This document shows, in pieces, positions 1 to 12,914 of a stretch of DNA of 41,183 bases. Each line of letters begins with the position of its first letter. The first letter of the stretch is position 1. Location of the stretch: positions 1 through 41,183 of the forward strand of contig NW_024705478.1 in NCBI RefSeq assembly GCF_018977255.1, in the 5' to 3' direction. The DNA comes from Callorhinchus milii. Its lineage: Eukaryota. Both the position numbers and the translations under genes were made by a program. The notes beneath the pieces are model-generated. The model searched no databases. It worked only from the letters and a program-made list of their open reading frames with translations, and had not been told where the DNA came from.

Positions 1-330
1 GAGAGTGTGGAGTTCCGGTGAGAATAGAGGGGAGTGTGGAGTTCCGTGGAATAGAGGGGAGTGTGGAGTTCCGGTGAGAATAGAGGGGAGTCTGGAGTTC
101 TGGTGGAATAGAGGAGAGTGTGGAGTTCCGGTGAGAATAGAGGGGAGGGTGGAGTTCTGGTGGGAATAGAGGGGAGTGTGGAGTTCTGGTGAGAATAGAG
201 GGAGTGTGGAGTTCTGGTGGGAATAGAGGGGAGTGTGGAGTTCTGGTGAGAATAGAGGGGAGTGTGGAGTTCCGGTGAGAATAGAGGGGAGCGTGGAGTT
301 CCAGTGAGAATAGAGGGGAGCGTGGAGTTG
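1..330 (+). repeat. 29-bp G-rich minisatellite (truncated by window edge)
   Basis: (GGTGAGAATAGAGGGGAGTGTGGAGTTCC)n. Confidence 0.97.
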
Positions 331-366
331 CGATGTGAATATAAATCACCGCTGCAGGCTACGCAC

Positions 367-562
367 CTCCATGTATCCTCTGGAGCGCCACCCTCAGGGC
401 CTCCTTGCAGGCGGTAGCTCTGCGCTCCAGCCTGAACATCGCCATCCTGGCCTTGTGCACCTCCCTCAGCTCAAATCCCCTGGACTCCTCCTCCTGCTGC
501 TGCTGCTCCTCCTCCACGCCCTGCAAGATGCTCCACACGTACTCCAGGGCTTCGGCTTTAGT
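367..562 (-). CDS. PRDM9: Predicted linker exon Y (unit 1)
   Basis: 196 nt, same as unit 4. Confidence 0.55.
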
Positions 563-711
563 CTGAGCGGAGGGGGTGGTGGGGTGAGGGGGCAAAGTTT
601 GTGCGGTGACCAGCGGTGGCTAGGAGATGTTAACTCCCTCGCCTGGTACGTAGGAAGTCGCGGGTTCGATCTCGACCCTGACACCTCATCGGATTCCTCT
701 AGTACAGTATA

Positions 712-2308
712 CAGTAAGGGAAAAAGTATTTGATCCCCTGCTGATTTTGTACGTTTGCCCACTGACAAAGAAGTGATCAGTCTATAATTTGAACGGTAGG
801 TTTATTTGAACAGTGAGAGACAGAATAACAACAACAAAATCCAAAAAAACGCATGTCAAAAATGTTATCAAGTGAATTGCATTTTAATGAGGGAAATACG
901 TATTTGACCCCCTCTCAATCATAAAGATTTCTGGCTCCCAGGTGTCTTTTATACAGGTAACGAGCTGAGATTAGGAGCACACTCTTAAAGGGAGTGCTCC
1001 TAATCTCAGCTTGTTACCTGTATAAAAGACACCTGTTCACAGAAACAATCAATTAGATTCCAAACTCTCCACCATGGCCAAGACCAAAGAGCTCTCCAAG
1101 GATGTCAGGGACAAGATTGTAGACCTACACAAGGCTGGAATGGGCTACAAGGCCATTGCCAAGCAGCTTGGTGAGAACGTGACAACAATTGGTGTGATTA
1201 TTCGCAAATGGAAGAAACACAAAAGAACTGTCATACTCCCTCGGCCTGGGGCTCCATGCAAGATGTCACCTCGTGGAGTTGCAATGATCATGAGAACGGT
1301 GAGGAATCAGCCCAGAACTACACGGGAGGATCTTGTCAATGATCTCAAGGCAGCTGGGACCATAGTCACCAAGAAAACAGTTGGTAACACACTACGCTGT
1401 GAAGGACTGAAATCCTGTAGCACCCGCAAGGTCCCCCTGCTCAAGAAAGCACATATACATGCCCGTCTGAAGTTTGCCAATGAACATCTGAATGATTCAG
1501 AGGACAACTGGGTGAAAGTGTTGTGTCAGATGAGACCAAAATGGAGCTCTTTGGCATCAACTCAACTCGCCGTGTTTGGAGGAGGAGGAATGCTGCCTAT
1601 GACCCCAAGAACACCATCCCCACCGTCAAACATGGAGGTGGAAACATTATGCTTTGGGGGTGTTTTTCTGATAAGGGGACAGGACAACTTCACCGCATCA
1701 AAGGGACGATGGACGGGGCCATGTACCGTCAAATCTTGGGTGAGAACCTCCTTCCCTCAGCCAGCGCATTGAAAATGGGTCGTGGATGGGTATTCTAGCA
1801 TGACAATGACCCAAAACACACAGCCAAGGCAACAAAGGAGTGGCTCAAGAAGAAGCACATTAAGGTCCTGGAGTGGCCTAGCCAGTCTCCAGACCTTAAT
1901 CCCATAGAAAATCTATGGAGGGAGCTGAAGGTTCGAGTTGCCAAACGTCAGCCTCGAAACCTTAATGACTTGGAGAAGATCTGCAAAGAGGAGTGGGACA
2001 AAATCCCTCCTGAGATGTGTGCAAACCTGGTGGCCAACTACAAGAAACGTCTGACCTCTGTGATTGCCAACAAGGGTTTTGCCACCAAGTACTGTCATGT
2101 TTTGCAGAGGGGTCAAATACTTATTTCCCTCATTAAAATGCAAATCAATTTATAAAAAATTTACATGCGTTTTTCTGGATTTTGTTGTTGTTATTCTGTC
2201 TCTCACTGTTCAAATAAACCTACCATTAAAATTATAGACTGATCATTTATTTGTCAGTGGGCAAACGTACAAAATCAGCAGGAGATCAAATACTTTTTTC
2301 CCTCACTG
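712..2308 (+). mobile_element. Tc1-family DNA transposon, inactivated (copy 1)
   Basis: TA target duplication; ~200-bp TIRs CAGTAAGGGAAAAA...TTTTTTCCCTCACTG; transposase from 1074 with SDETK, HDNDPKH and SPDLNPIEN (DD34E) motifs. TAG at 1796-1798 plus a 1-nt deletion near 1525. Confidence 0.97.
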
Positions 2309-2444
2309 TATGTATGTTGAATTTCTTTGTAACCGTACGTAGCCAACCTCGCTAATGGAGGTGCGGCGGAAGGACAACAAACTAAAGACAACAGCAGCAG
2401 CAGCAGCTGTAACGAGAGGAGTGCCGTGCGCTGTGCACAGAGAC

Positions 2445-2521
2445 CTTGCGCTTGCTGGGAGCTGCCCTCGCGTGCGACTCTCCCACGGTGGCCCAGCGTG
2501 AAGCAGCCCCCTTGCCTCCTC
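2445..2521 (-). CDS. PRDM9: Predicted linker exon X (unit 1)
   Basis: 77 nt, same as unit 4. Confidence 0.5.
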
Positions 2522-2738
2522 CTGCGTGAGCACACGCACACACGTGAACACACGCACACACGTGATCACACGTGAACACACGTGAACACACGCACGCACG
2601 CAGCCGAAACGTCGTGAGAATTATTTTATTTTATTATGTTTTTTTTTATTATTTTATTACTTCCCTTCTACGTGACTTTACCGAAAGAACCAAGAAGATG
2701 AAACCAGCAGTCACGAAAGCTTTAAATCGAAATTTAAC

Positions 2739-3835
2739 CGGTGGGATAGAGGGAGTGTGGAGTTCCGGTGAGAATAGAGGGGAGTGTGGAGTTCTGGTGA
2801 GAATAGAGGGGAGTGTGGAGTTCCGGTGAGAATAGGGGAGTGTGGAGTTCCGGTGAGAATAGAGGGAGTGTGGAGTTCTGGTGAGAATAGAGGGGAGTGT
2901 GGAGTTCCGTGAGAATAGAGGGGAGTGTGGAGTTCCGGTGAGAATAGAGGGGAGCGTGGAGTTCTGGTGAGAATAGAGGGGAGTGTGGAGTTCCGGTGGG
3001 AATAGAGGGGAGTGTGGATTCCGGTGGAATAGAGGGAGTGGAGTTCCGGTGAGAATAGAGGGGAGTGTGGAGTTCGGTGGGAATAGAGGGGAGTGGAGTT
3101 CCGGTGAGAATAGAGGGGAGTGTGGAGTTCCGGTGGAATAGAGGGGAGTGTGGAGTTCCGGTGGAGAATAGAGGGGAGTGTGGAGTTCGGTGAGAATAGA
3201 GGGGAGTGTGGAGTTCCGGTGGAATAGAGGGGAGTGTGGAGTTCCGGTGAGAATAGAGGGAGTGTGGAGTTCCGGTGAGAATAGAGGGGAGTGTGGAGTT
3301 CGGTGAGAATAGAGGGGAGTGTGGAGTTCTGGTGGAATAGAGGGAGTGTGGAGTTCCGGTGGAATAGAGGGGAGTGTGGAGTTCCGGTGGAATAGAGGGG
3401 AGTGTGGAGTTCCGGTGGAATAGAGGGGAGTGTGGAGTTCCGGTGGAATAGAGGGAGTGTGGAGTTCGGTGAGAATAGAGGGGAGTGTGGAGTTCTGGGG
3501 AATAGAGGGGAGTGTGGAGTTCGGTGAGAATAGAGGGGAGTGTGGAGTTCTGGTGGGAATAGAGGGGAGTGTGGAGTTCCGGTGAGAATAGAGGGGAGTG
3601 TGGAGTTCTGGTGGAATAGAGGGGAGTGTGGAGTTCCGGTGAGAATAGAGGGGAGTGTGAGTTCTGGTGGGAATAGAGGGGAGTGTGGAGTTCTGGTGAG
3701 AATAGAGGGAGTGTGGAGTTCCGGTGAGAATAGAGGGGAGTGGAGTTCTGGTGGAATAGAGGGGAGTGTGGAGTTCCGGTGAGAATAGAGGGGAGCGTGG
3801 AGTTCCAGTGAGAATAGAGGGGAGCGTGGAGTTGC
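2739..3835 (+). repeat. 29-bp minisatellite, ~1.1 kb
   Basis: Same unit. Confidence 0.97.
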
Positions 3836-3870
3836 GATGTGAATATAAATCACCGCTGCAGGCTACGCAC

Positions 3871-4066
3871 CTCCATGTATCCTCTGGAGCGCCACCCTCA
3901 GGGCCTCCTTGCAGGCGGTAGCTCTGCGCTCCAGCCTGAACATCGCCATCCTGGCCTTGTGCACCTCCCTCAGCTCAAATCCCCTGGACTCCTCCTCCTG
4001 CTGCTGCTGCTCCTCCTCCACGCCCTGCAAGATGCTCCACACGTACTCCAGGGCTTCGGCTTTAGT
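3871..4066 (-). CDS. PRDM9: Predicted linker exon Y (unit 2)
   Basis: 196 nt, same as unit 4. Confidence 0.55.
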
Positions 4067-4215
4067 CTGAGCGGAGGGGGTGGTGGGTGAGGGGGGCAAA
4101 GTTTGTGCGGTGACCAGCGGTGGCTAGGAGATGTTAACTCCCTCGCCTGGTACGTAGGAAGTCGCGGGTTCGATCTCGACCCTGACACCTCATCGGATTC
4201 CTCTAGTACAGTATA

Positions 4216-5814
4216 CAGTAAGGGAAAAAAGTATTTGATCCCCTGCTGATTTTGTACGTTTGCCCACTGACAAAGAAGTGATCAGTCTATAATTTGAACG
4301 GTAGGTTTATTTGAACAGTGAGAGACAGAATAACAACAACAAAATCCAAAAAAACGCATGTCAAAAATGTTATCAAGTGAATTGCATTTTAATGAGGGAA
4401 ATACGTATTTGACCCCCTCTCAATCATAAAGATTTCTGGCTCCCAGGTGTCTTTTATACAGGTAACGAGCTGAGATTAGGAGCACACTCTTAAAGGGAGT
4501 GCTCCTAATCTCAGCTTGTTACCTGTATAAAAGACACCTGTTCACAGAAACAATCAATTAGATTCCAAACTCTCCACCATGGCCAAGACCAAAGAGCTCT
4601 CCAAGGATGTCAGGGACAAGATTGTAGACCTACACAAGGCTGGAATGGGCTACAAGGCCATTGCCAAGCAGCTTGGTGAGAACGTGACAACAATTGGTGT
4701 GATTATTCGCAAATGGAAGAAACACAAAAGAACTGTCATACTCCCTCGGCCTGGGGCTCCATGCAAGATGTCACCTCGTGGAGTTGCAATGATCATGAGA
4801 ACGGTGAGGAATCAGCCCAGAACTACACGGGAGGATCTTGTCAATGATCTCAAGGCAGCTGGGACCATAGTCACCAAGAAAACAGTTGGTAACACACTAC
4901 GCTGTGAAGGACTGAAATCCTGTAGCACCCGCAAGGTCCCCCTGCTCAAGAAAGCACATATACATGCCCGTCTGAAGTTTGCCAATGAACATCTGAATGA
5001 TTCAGAGGACAACTGGGTGAAAGTGTTGTGGTCAGATGAGACCAAAATGGAGCTCTTTGGCATCAACTCAACTCGCCGTGTTTGGAGGAGGAGGAATGCT
5101 GCCTATGACCCCAAGAACACCATCCCCACCGTCAAACATGGAGGTGGAAACATTATGCTTTGGGGGTGTTTTTCTGATAAGGGGACAGGACAACTTCACC
5201 GCATCAAAGGGACGATGGACGGGGCCATGTACCGTCAAATCTTGGGTGAGAACCTCCTTCCCTCAGCCAGCGCATTGAAAATGGGTCGTGGATGGGTATT
5301 CTAGCATGACAATGACCCAAAACACACAGCCAAGGCAACAAAGGAGTGGCTCAAGAAGAAGCACATTAAGGTCCTGGAGTGGCCTAGCCAGTCTCCAGAC
5401 CTTAATCCCATAGAAAATCTATGGAGGGAGCTGAAGGTTCGAGTTGCCAAACGTCAGCCTCGAAACCTTAATGACTTGGAGAAGATCTGCAAAGAGGAGT
5501 GGGACAAAATCCCTCCTGAGATGTGTGCAAACCTGGTGGCCAACTACAAGAAACGTCTGACCTCTGTGATTGCCAACAAGGGTTTTGCCACCAAGTACTG
5601 TCATGTTTTGCAGAGGGGTCAAATACTTATTTCCCTCATTAAAATGCAAATCAATTTATAAAAAATTTACATGCGTTTTTCTGGATTTTGTTGTTGTTAT
5701 TCTGTCTCTCACTGTTCAAATAAACCTACCATTAAAATTATAGACTGATCATTTATTTGTCAGTGGGCAAACGTACAAAATCAGCAGGAGATCAAATACT
5801 TTTTTCCCTCACTG
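4216..5814 (+). mobile_element. Tc1-family DNA transposon, inactivated (copy 2)
   Basis: As copy 1; ORF 4579-5304 ends at a premature TAG where F-Q-HDND is expected. Confidence 0.97.
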
Positions 5815-5951
5815 TATGTATGTTGAATTTCTTTGTAACCGTACGTAGCCAACCTCGCTAATGGGAGGTGCGGCGGAAGGACAACAAACTAAAGACAACA
5901 GCAGCAGCAGCAGCTGTAACGAGAGGAGTGCCGTGCGCTGTGCACAGAGAC

Positions 5952-6028
5952 CTTGCGCTTGCTGGGAGCTGCCCTCGCGTGCGACTCTCCCACGGTGGCC
6001 CAGCGTGAAGCAGCCCCCTTGCCTCCTC
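5952..6028 (-). CDS. PRDM9: Predicted linker exon X (unit 2)
   Basis: 77 nt, same as unit 4. Confidence 0.5.
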
Positions 6029-6246
6029 CTGCGTGAGCACACGCACACACGTGAACACACGCACACACGTGATCACACGTGAACACACGTGAACACACGC
6101 ACGCACGCAGCCGAAACGTCGTGAGAATTATTTTATTTTATTATGTTTTATTTTTATATTTTATTACTTCCCTTCTACGTGACTTTACCGAAAGAACCAA
6201 GAAGATGAAACCCAGCAGTCACGAAAGCTTTAAATCGAAATTTAAC

Positions 6247-8030
6247 CGGTGGGAATAGAGGGGAGTGTGGAGTTCCGGTGAGAATAGAGGGGAGTGTGGA
6301 GTTCTGGTGAGAATAGAGGGGAGTGTGGAGTTCTGGTGGGAATAGAGGGGAGTGTAGAATTCCGGTGAGAATAGAGGGGAGCGTGGAGTTCTGGTGAGAA
6401 TAGAGGGAGTGTGGAGTTCTGGTGAGAATAGAGGGGAGTGTGGAGTTCCGGTGAGAATAGAGGGGAGTGTGGAGTTCTGGTGAGAATAGAGGGGAGTGTG
6501 GAGTTCTGGTGGGAATAGAGGGGAGTGTGGAATTCCGGTGAGAATAGAGGGGAGCGTGGAGTTCTGGTGAGAATAGAGGGGAGTGTGGAGTTCTGGTGAG
6601 AATAGAGGGGAGTGTGGAGTTCCGGTGAGAATAGAGGGGAGTGTGGAGTTCTGGTGAGAATAGAGGGGAGTGTGGAGTTCTGGTGAGAATAGAGGGGAGT
6701 GTGGATTCCGGTGAGAATAGAGGGGAGTGTGGAGTTCCGGTGAGAATAGAGGGGAGTGTGGAGTTCCGGTGAGAATAGAGGGGAGTGTGGAGTTCCGGTG
6801 GAATAGAGGGGAGTGTGGAGTTCTGGTGGAAATAGAGGGGAGTGTGGAGTTCCGGTGGAATAGAGGGGAGTGTGGAGTTCTGGTGGGAATAGAGGGGAGT
6901 GTGGAGTTTCGGTGAGAATAGAGGGGAGTGTGGAGTTCCGGTGGAATAGAGGGGAGTGTGGAGTTCTGGTGAGAATAGAGGGGAGTGTGGAGTTCCGATG
7001 AGAATAGAGGGGAGTGTGGAGTTCCGGTGAGAATAGAGGGGAGTGTGGAGTTCTGGTGAGAATAGAGGGGAGTGTGGAGTTCCGTGAGAATAGAGGGGAG
7101 TGCGGAGTTCCGGTGGAATAGAGGGGAGCGTGGAGTTCTGGTGAGAATAGAGGGGAGTGTGGAGTTCCGGGGAATAGAGGGGAGTGTGGAGTTCCGGTGG
7201 GAATAGAGGGGAGTGTGGAGTTCCGGTGAGAATAGAGGGGAGTGTGGAGTTCCGGTGGGAATAGAGGGGAGTGTGGAGTTCCGGTGAGAATAGAGGGGAG
7301 TGTGGAGTTCCGGTGGGAATAGAGGGGAGTGTGGAGTTCCGGTGAGAATAGAGGGGAGTGTGGAGTTCTGGTGGAATAGAGGGGAGTGTGGAGTTCCGGT
7401 GGGAATAGAGGGGAGTGTGGAGTTCCGGTGAGAATAGAGGGGAGTGTGGAGTTCCGGTGGGAATAGAGGGGAGTGTGGAGTTCCGGTGAGAATAGAGGGG
7501 AGTGTGGAGTTCGTGGGGAATAGAGGGGAGTGTGGAGTTCCGGTGGGAATAAAGGGGATTGTGGAGTTCCGATGGGAATAGAGGGGAGTGTGGAGTTCCG
7601 GTGGGAATAGAGGGGAGTGTGGAGTTCCGGTGGGAATAGAGGGGAGTGTGGAGTTCTGGTGAGAATAGAGGGGAGTGTGGAGTTCTGGTGGGAATAGAGG
7701 GGAGTGTGGAGTTCCGGTGAGAATAGAGGGGAGCGTGGAGTTCCAGTGGGAATAGAGGGGAGTGTGGAGTTCCGGTGAGAATAGAGGGGAGTGTGGAGTT
7801 TTGGTGAATAGAGGAGAGTGTGGAGTTCCGGTGAGAATAGAGGGGAGGGTGGAGTTCTGGTGGGAATAGAGGGGAGTGTGGAGTTCTGGTGAGAATAGAG
7901 GGGAGTGTGGAGTTCTGGTGGGAATAGAGGGGAGTGTGGAGTTCTGGTGAGAATAGAGGGGAGTGTGGAGTTCCGGTGAGAATAGAGGGGAGCGTGGAGT
8001 TCCAGTGAGAATAGAGGGAGCGTGGAGTTG
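6247..8030 (+). repeat. 29-bp minisatellite, ~1.8 kb
   Basis: Same unit. Confidence 0.97.
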
Positions 8031-8066
8031 CGATGTGAATATAAATCACCGCTGCAGGCTACGCAC

Positions 8067-8262
8067 CTCCATGTATCCTCTGGAGCGCCACCCTCAGGGC
8101 CTCCTTGCAGGCGGTAGCTCTGCGCTCCAGCCTGAACATCGCCATCCTGGCCTTGTGCACCTCCCTCAGCTCAAATCCCCTGGACTCCTCCTCCTGCTGC
8201 TGCTGCTCCTCCTCCACGCCCTGCAAGATGCTCCACACGTACTCCAGGGCTTCGGCTTTAGT
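8067..8262 (-). CDS. PRDM9: Predicted linker exon Y (unit 3)
   Basis: 196 nt, same as unit 4. Confidence 0.55.
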
Positions 8263-8411
8263 CTGAGCGGAGGGGTGGTGGGGTGAGGGGGGCAAAGTTT
8301 GTGCGGTGACCAGCGGTGGCTAGGAGATGTTAACTCCCTCGCCTGGTACGTAGGAAGTCGCGGGTTCGATCTCGACCCTGACACCTCATCGGATTCCTCT
8401 AGTACAGTATA

Positions 8412-10011
8412 CAGTAAGGGAAAAAAGTATTTGATCCCCTGCTGATTTTGTACGTTTGCCCACTGACAAAGAAGTGATCAGTCTATAATTTGAACGGTAG
8501 GTTTATTTGAACAGTGAGAGACAGAATAACAACAACAAAATCCAAAAAAACGCATGTCAAAAATGTTATCAAGTGAATTGCATTTTAATGAGGGAAATAC
8601 GTATTTGACCCCCTCTCAATCATAAAGATTTCTGGCTCCCAGGTGTCTTTTATACAGGTAACGAGCTGAGATTAGGAGCACACTCTTAAAGGGAGTGCTC
8701 CTAATCTCAGCTTGTTACCTGTATAAAAGACACCTGTTCACAGAAACAATCAATTAGATTCCAAACTCTCCACCATGGCCAAGACCAAAGAGCTCTCCAA
8801 GGATGTCAGGGACAAGATTGTAGACCTACACAAGGCTGGAATGGGCTACAAGGCCATTGCCAAGCAGCTTGGTGAGAACGTGACAACAATTGGTGTGATT
8901 ATTCGCAAATGGAAGAAACACAAAAGAACTGTCATACTCCCTCGGCCTGGGGCTCCATGCAAGATGTCACCTCGTGGAGTTGCAATGATCATGAGAACGG
9001 TGAGGAATCAGCCCAGAACTACACGGGAGGATCTTGTCAATGATCTCAAGGCAGCTGGGACCATAGTCACCAAGAAAACAGTTGGTAACACACTACGCTG
9101 TGAAGGACTGAAATCCTGTAGCACCCGCAAGGTCCCCCTGCTCAAGAAAGCACATATACATGCCCGTCTGAAGTTTGCCAATGAACATCTGAATGATTCA
9201 GAGGACAACTGGGTGAAAGTGTTGTGGTCAGATGAGACCAAAATGGAGCTCTTTGGCATCAACTCAACTCGCCGTGTTTGGAGGAGGAGGAATGCTGCCT
9301 ATGACCCCAAGAACACCATCCCCACCGTCAAACATGGAGGTGGAAACATTATGCTTTGGGGGTGTTTTTCTGATAAGGGGACAGGACAACTTCACCGCAT
9401 CAAAGGGACGATGGACGGGGCCATGTACCGTCAAATCTTGGGTGAGAACCTCCTTCCCTCAGCCAGCGCATTGAAAATGGGTCGTGGATGGGTATTCTAG
9501 CATGACAATGACCCAAAACACACAGCCAAGGCAACAAAGGAGTGGCTCAAGAAGAAGCACATTAAGGTCCTGGAGTGGCCTAGCCAGTCTCCAGACCTTA
9601 ATCCCATAGAAAATCTATGGAGGGAGCTGAAGGTTCGAGTTGCCAAACGTCAGCCTCGAAACCTTAATGACTTGGAGAAGATCTGCAAAGAGGAGTGGGA
9701 CAAAATCCCTCCTGAGATGTGTGCAAACCTGGTGGCCAACTACAAGAAACGTCTGACCTCTGTGATTGCCAACAAGGGTTTTGCCACCAAGTACTGTCAT
9801 GTTTTGCAGAGGGGTCAAATACTTATTTCCCTCATTAAAATGCAAATCAATTTATAAAAAAATTTACATGCGTTTTTCTGGATTTTGTTGTTGTTATTCT
9901 GTCTCTCACTGTTCAAATAAACCTACCATTAAAATTATAGACTGATCATTTATTTGTCAGTGGGCAAACGTACAAAATCAGCAGGAGATCAAATACTTTT
10001 TTCCCTCACTG
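8412..10011 (+). mobile_element. Tc1-family DNA transposon, inactivated (copy 3)
   Basis: As copy 2; TAG at 9498-9500. Confidence 0.97.
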
Positions 10012-10148
10012 TATGTATGTTGAATTTCTTTGTAACCGTACGTAGCCAACCTCGCTAATGGGAGGTGCGGCGGAAGGACAACAAACTAAAGACAACAGCA
10101 GCAGCAGCAGCTGTAACGAGAGGAGTGCCGTGCGCTGTGCACAGAGAC

Positions 10149-10225
10149 CTTGCGCTTGCTGGGAGCTGCCCTCGCGTGCGACTCTCCCACGGTGGCCCAG
10201 CGTGAAGCAGCCCCCTTGCCTCCTC
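10149..10225 (-). CDS. PRDM9: Predicted linker exon X (unit 3)
   Basis: 77 nt, same as unit 4. Confidence 0.5.
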
Positions 10226-10444
10226 CTGCGTGAGCACACGCACACACGTGAACACACGCACACACGTGATCACACGTGAACACACGTGAACACACGCACG
10301 CACGCAGCCGAAACGTCGTGAGAATTATTTTATTTTATTATGTTTTAATTTTATAATTTTATTACTTCCCTTCTACGTGACTTTACCGAAAGAACCAAGA
10401 AGATGAAACCCAGCAGTCACGAAAGCTTTAAATCGAAATTTAAC

Positions 10445-12531
10445 CGGTGGGAATAGAGGGGAGTGTGGAGTTCCGGTGAGAATAGAGGGGAGTGTGGAGT
10501 TCTGGTGAGAATAGAGGGGAGTGTGGAGTTCTGGTAGAATAGAGGGGAGTGTGGAGTTCGGTGAGAATAGAGGGGAGTGTGGAGTTCTGGTGAGAATAGA
10601 GGGGAGTGTGGAGTTCTGGTGAGAATAGAGGGGAGTGTGGAGTTCCGGTGAGAATAGAGGGGAGTGTGGAGTTCTGGTGAGAATAGAGGGGAGTGTGGAG
10701 TTCGGTGAGAATAGAGGGGAGTGTGGAGTTCCGGTGAGAATAGAGGGGAGTGTGGAGTTCTGGTGAGAATAGAGGGGAGTGTGGAGTTCGGTGAGAATAG
10801 AGGGGAGTGTGGAGTTCCGGTGAGAATAGAGGGGAGTGTGGAGTTCCGGTGAGAATAGAGGGGAGTGTGGAGTTCCGGTGAGAATAGAGGGGAGTGTGGA
10901 GTTCCGGTGAGAATAGAGGGGAGTGTGGAGTTCCGGTGAGAATAGAGGGGAGTGTGGAGTTCTGGTGAGAATAGAGGGGAGTGTGGAGTTCGGTGGAATA
11001 GAGGGGAGTGTGGAGTTCTGGTGAGAATAGAGGGGAGTGTGGAGTTCGGTGAGAATAGAGGGGAGTGTGGAGTTCCGGTGGAATAGAGGGGAGTGTGGAG
11101 TTCTGGTGAGAATAGAGGGGAGTGTGGAGTTCCGGTGAGAATAGAGGGGAGTGTGGAGTTCGGTGAGAATAGAGGGGAGTGTGGAGTTCCGGTGAGAATA
11201 GAGGGGAGTGTGGAGTTCGGTGAGAATAGAGGGGAGTGTGGAGTTCGGTGAGAATAGAGGGGAGTGTGGAGTTCCGGTGAGAATAGAGGGGAGTGTGGAG
11301 TTCGGTGAGAATAGAGGGGAGTGTGGAGTTCTGGTGAGAATAGAGGGGAGTGTGGAGTTCCGGTGAGAATAGAGGGGAGTGTGGAGTTCGGTGAGAATAG
11401 AGGGGAGTGTGGAGTTCGGTGAGAATAGAGGGGAGTGTGGAGTTCCGGTGAGAATAGAGGGGAGTGTGGAGTTCCGGTGAGAATAGAGGGGAGTGTGGAG
11501 TTCGGTGAGAATAGAGGGGAGTGTGGAGTTCCGGTGAGAATAGAGGGGAGTGTGGAGTTCCGGTGAGAATAGAGGGGAGTGTGGAGTTCTGGTGAGAATA
11601 GAGGGGAGTGTGGAGTTCCGGTGAGAATAGAGGGGAGTGTGGAGTTCTGGTGGAATAGAGGGGAGTGTGGAGTTCGGTGAGAATAGAGGGGAGTGTGGAG
11701 TTCGGTGAGAATAGAGGGGAGTGTGGAGTTCTGGTGAGAATAGAGGGGAGTGTGGAGTTCCGGTGAGAATAGAGGGGAGTGTGGAGTTCCGGTGAGAATA
11801 GAGGGGAGTGTGGAGTTCCGGTGAGAATAGAGGGGAGTGTGGAGTTCCGGTGGAATAGAGGGGAGTGTGGAGTTCGGTGAGAATAGAGGGGAGTGTGGAG
11901 TTCCGGTGAGAATAGAGGGGAGTGTGGAGTTCCGGTGGAATAGAGGGGAGTGTGGAGTTCCGGTGAGAATAGAGGGGAGTGTGGAGTTCCGGTGGGAATA
12001 GAGGGGAGTGTGGAGTTCCGGTGAGAATAGAGGGGAGTGTGGAGTTCGGTGAGAATAGAGGGGAGTGTGGAGTTCCGGTGAGAATAGAGGGGAGTGTGGA
12101 GTTCCGGTGAGAATAGAGGGGAGTGTGGAGTTCGGTGGAATAGAGGGGAGTGTGGAGTTCCGGTGGGAATAGAGGGGAGTGTGGAGTTCCGGTGAGAATA
12201 GAGGGGAGTGTGGAGTTCCGTGGGAATAGAGGGGAGTGTGGAGTTCCGGTGAGAATAGAGGGGAGTGTGGAGTTCTGGTGAGAATAGAGGGGAGTGTGGA
12301 GTTCCGGTGGAATAGAGGGGAGTGTGGAGTTCGGTGGGAATAGAGGGGAGTGTGGAGTTCGGTGAGAATAGAGGGGAGTGTGGAGTTCTGGTGGAATAGA
12401 GGGGAGTGTGGAGTTCGGTGAGAATAGAGGGGAGTGTGGAGTTCTGGTGAGAATAGAGGGGAGTGTGGAGTTCCGGTGAGAATAGAGGGGAGTGTGGAGT
12501 TCCAGTGAGAATAGAGGGGAGCGTGGAGTTG
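10445..12531 (+). repeat. 29-bp minisatellite, ~2.1 kb
   Basis: Same unit. Confidence 0.97.
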
Positions 12532-12567
12532 CGATGTGAATATAAATCACCGCTGCAGGCTACGCAC

Positions 12568-12763
12568 CTCCATGTATCCTCTGGAGCGCCACCCTCAGGG
12601 CCTCCTTGCAGGCGGTAGCTCTGCGCTCCAGCCTGAACATCGCCATCCTGGCCTTGTGCACCTCCCTCAGCTCAAATCCCCTGGACTCCTCCTCCTGCTG
12701 CTGCTGCTCCTCCTCCACGCCCTGCAAGATGCTCCACACGTACTCCAGGGCTTCGGCTTTAGT
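12568..12763 (-). CDS. PRDM9: Predicted linker exon Y (unit 4)
   Basis: 196 nt, ctcag|TKAEALEYVWSILQGVEEEQQQQEEESRGFELREVHKARMAMFRLERRATACKEALRVALQRIHG G|gtgcgt. Confidence 0.55.
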
Positions 12764-12914
12764 CTGAGCGGAGGGGTGGTGGGGTGAGGGGGGCAAAGTT
12801 TGTGCGGTGACCAGCGGTGGCTAGGAGATGTTAACTCCCTCGCCTGGTATACGTAAGAAGTCGCGGGTTCGATCTCGACCCTGACACCTCATCGGATTCC
12901 TCTAGTACAGTATA

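Noticed and set aside
335..733. Plus-strand ORF with a poly-Leu stretch as a secreted or membrane protein
   Set aside because: It is the antisense reading of the Glu/Gln codon run in exon Y and runs into SINE and Tc1 sequence.
4579..5304. Active Tc1 transposase
   Set aside because: A TAG precedes the second Asp of the DDE triad in all five copies.
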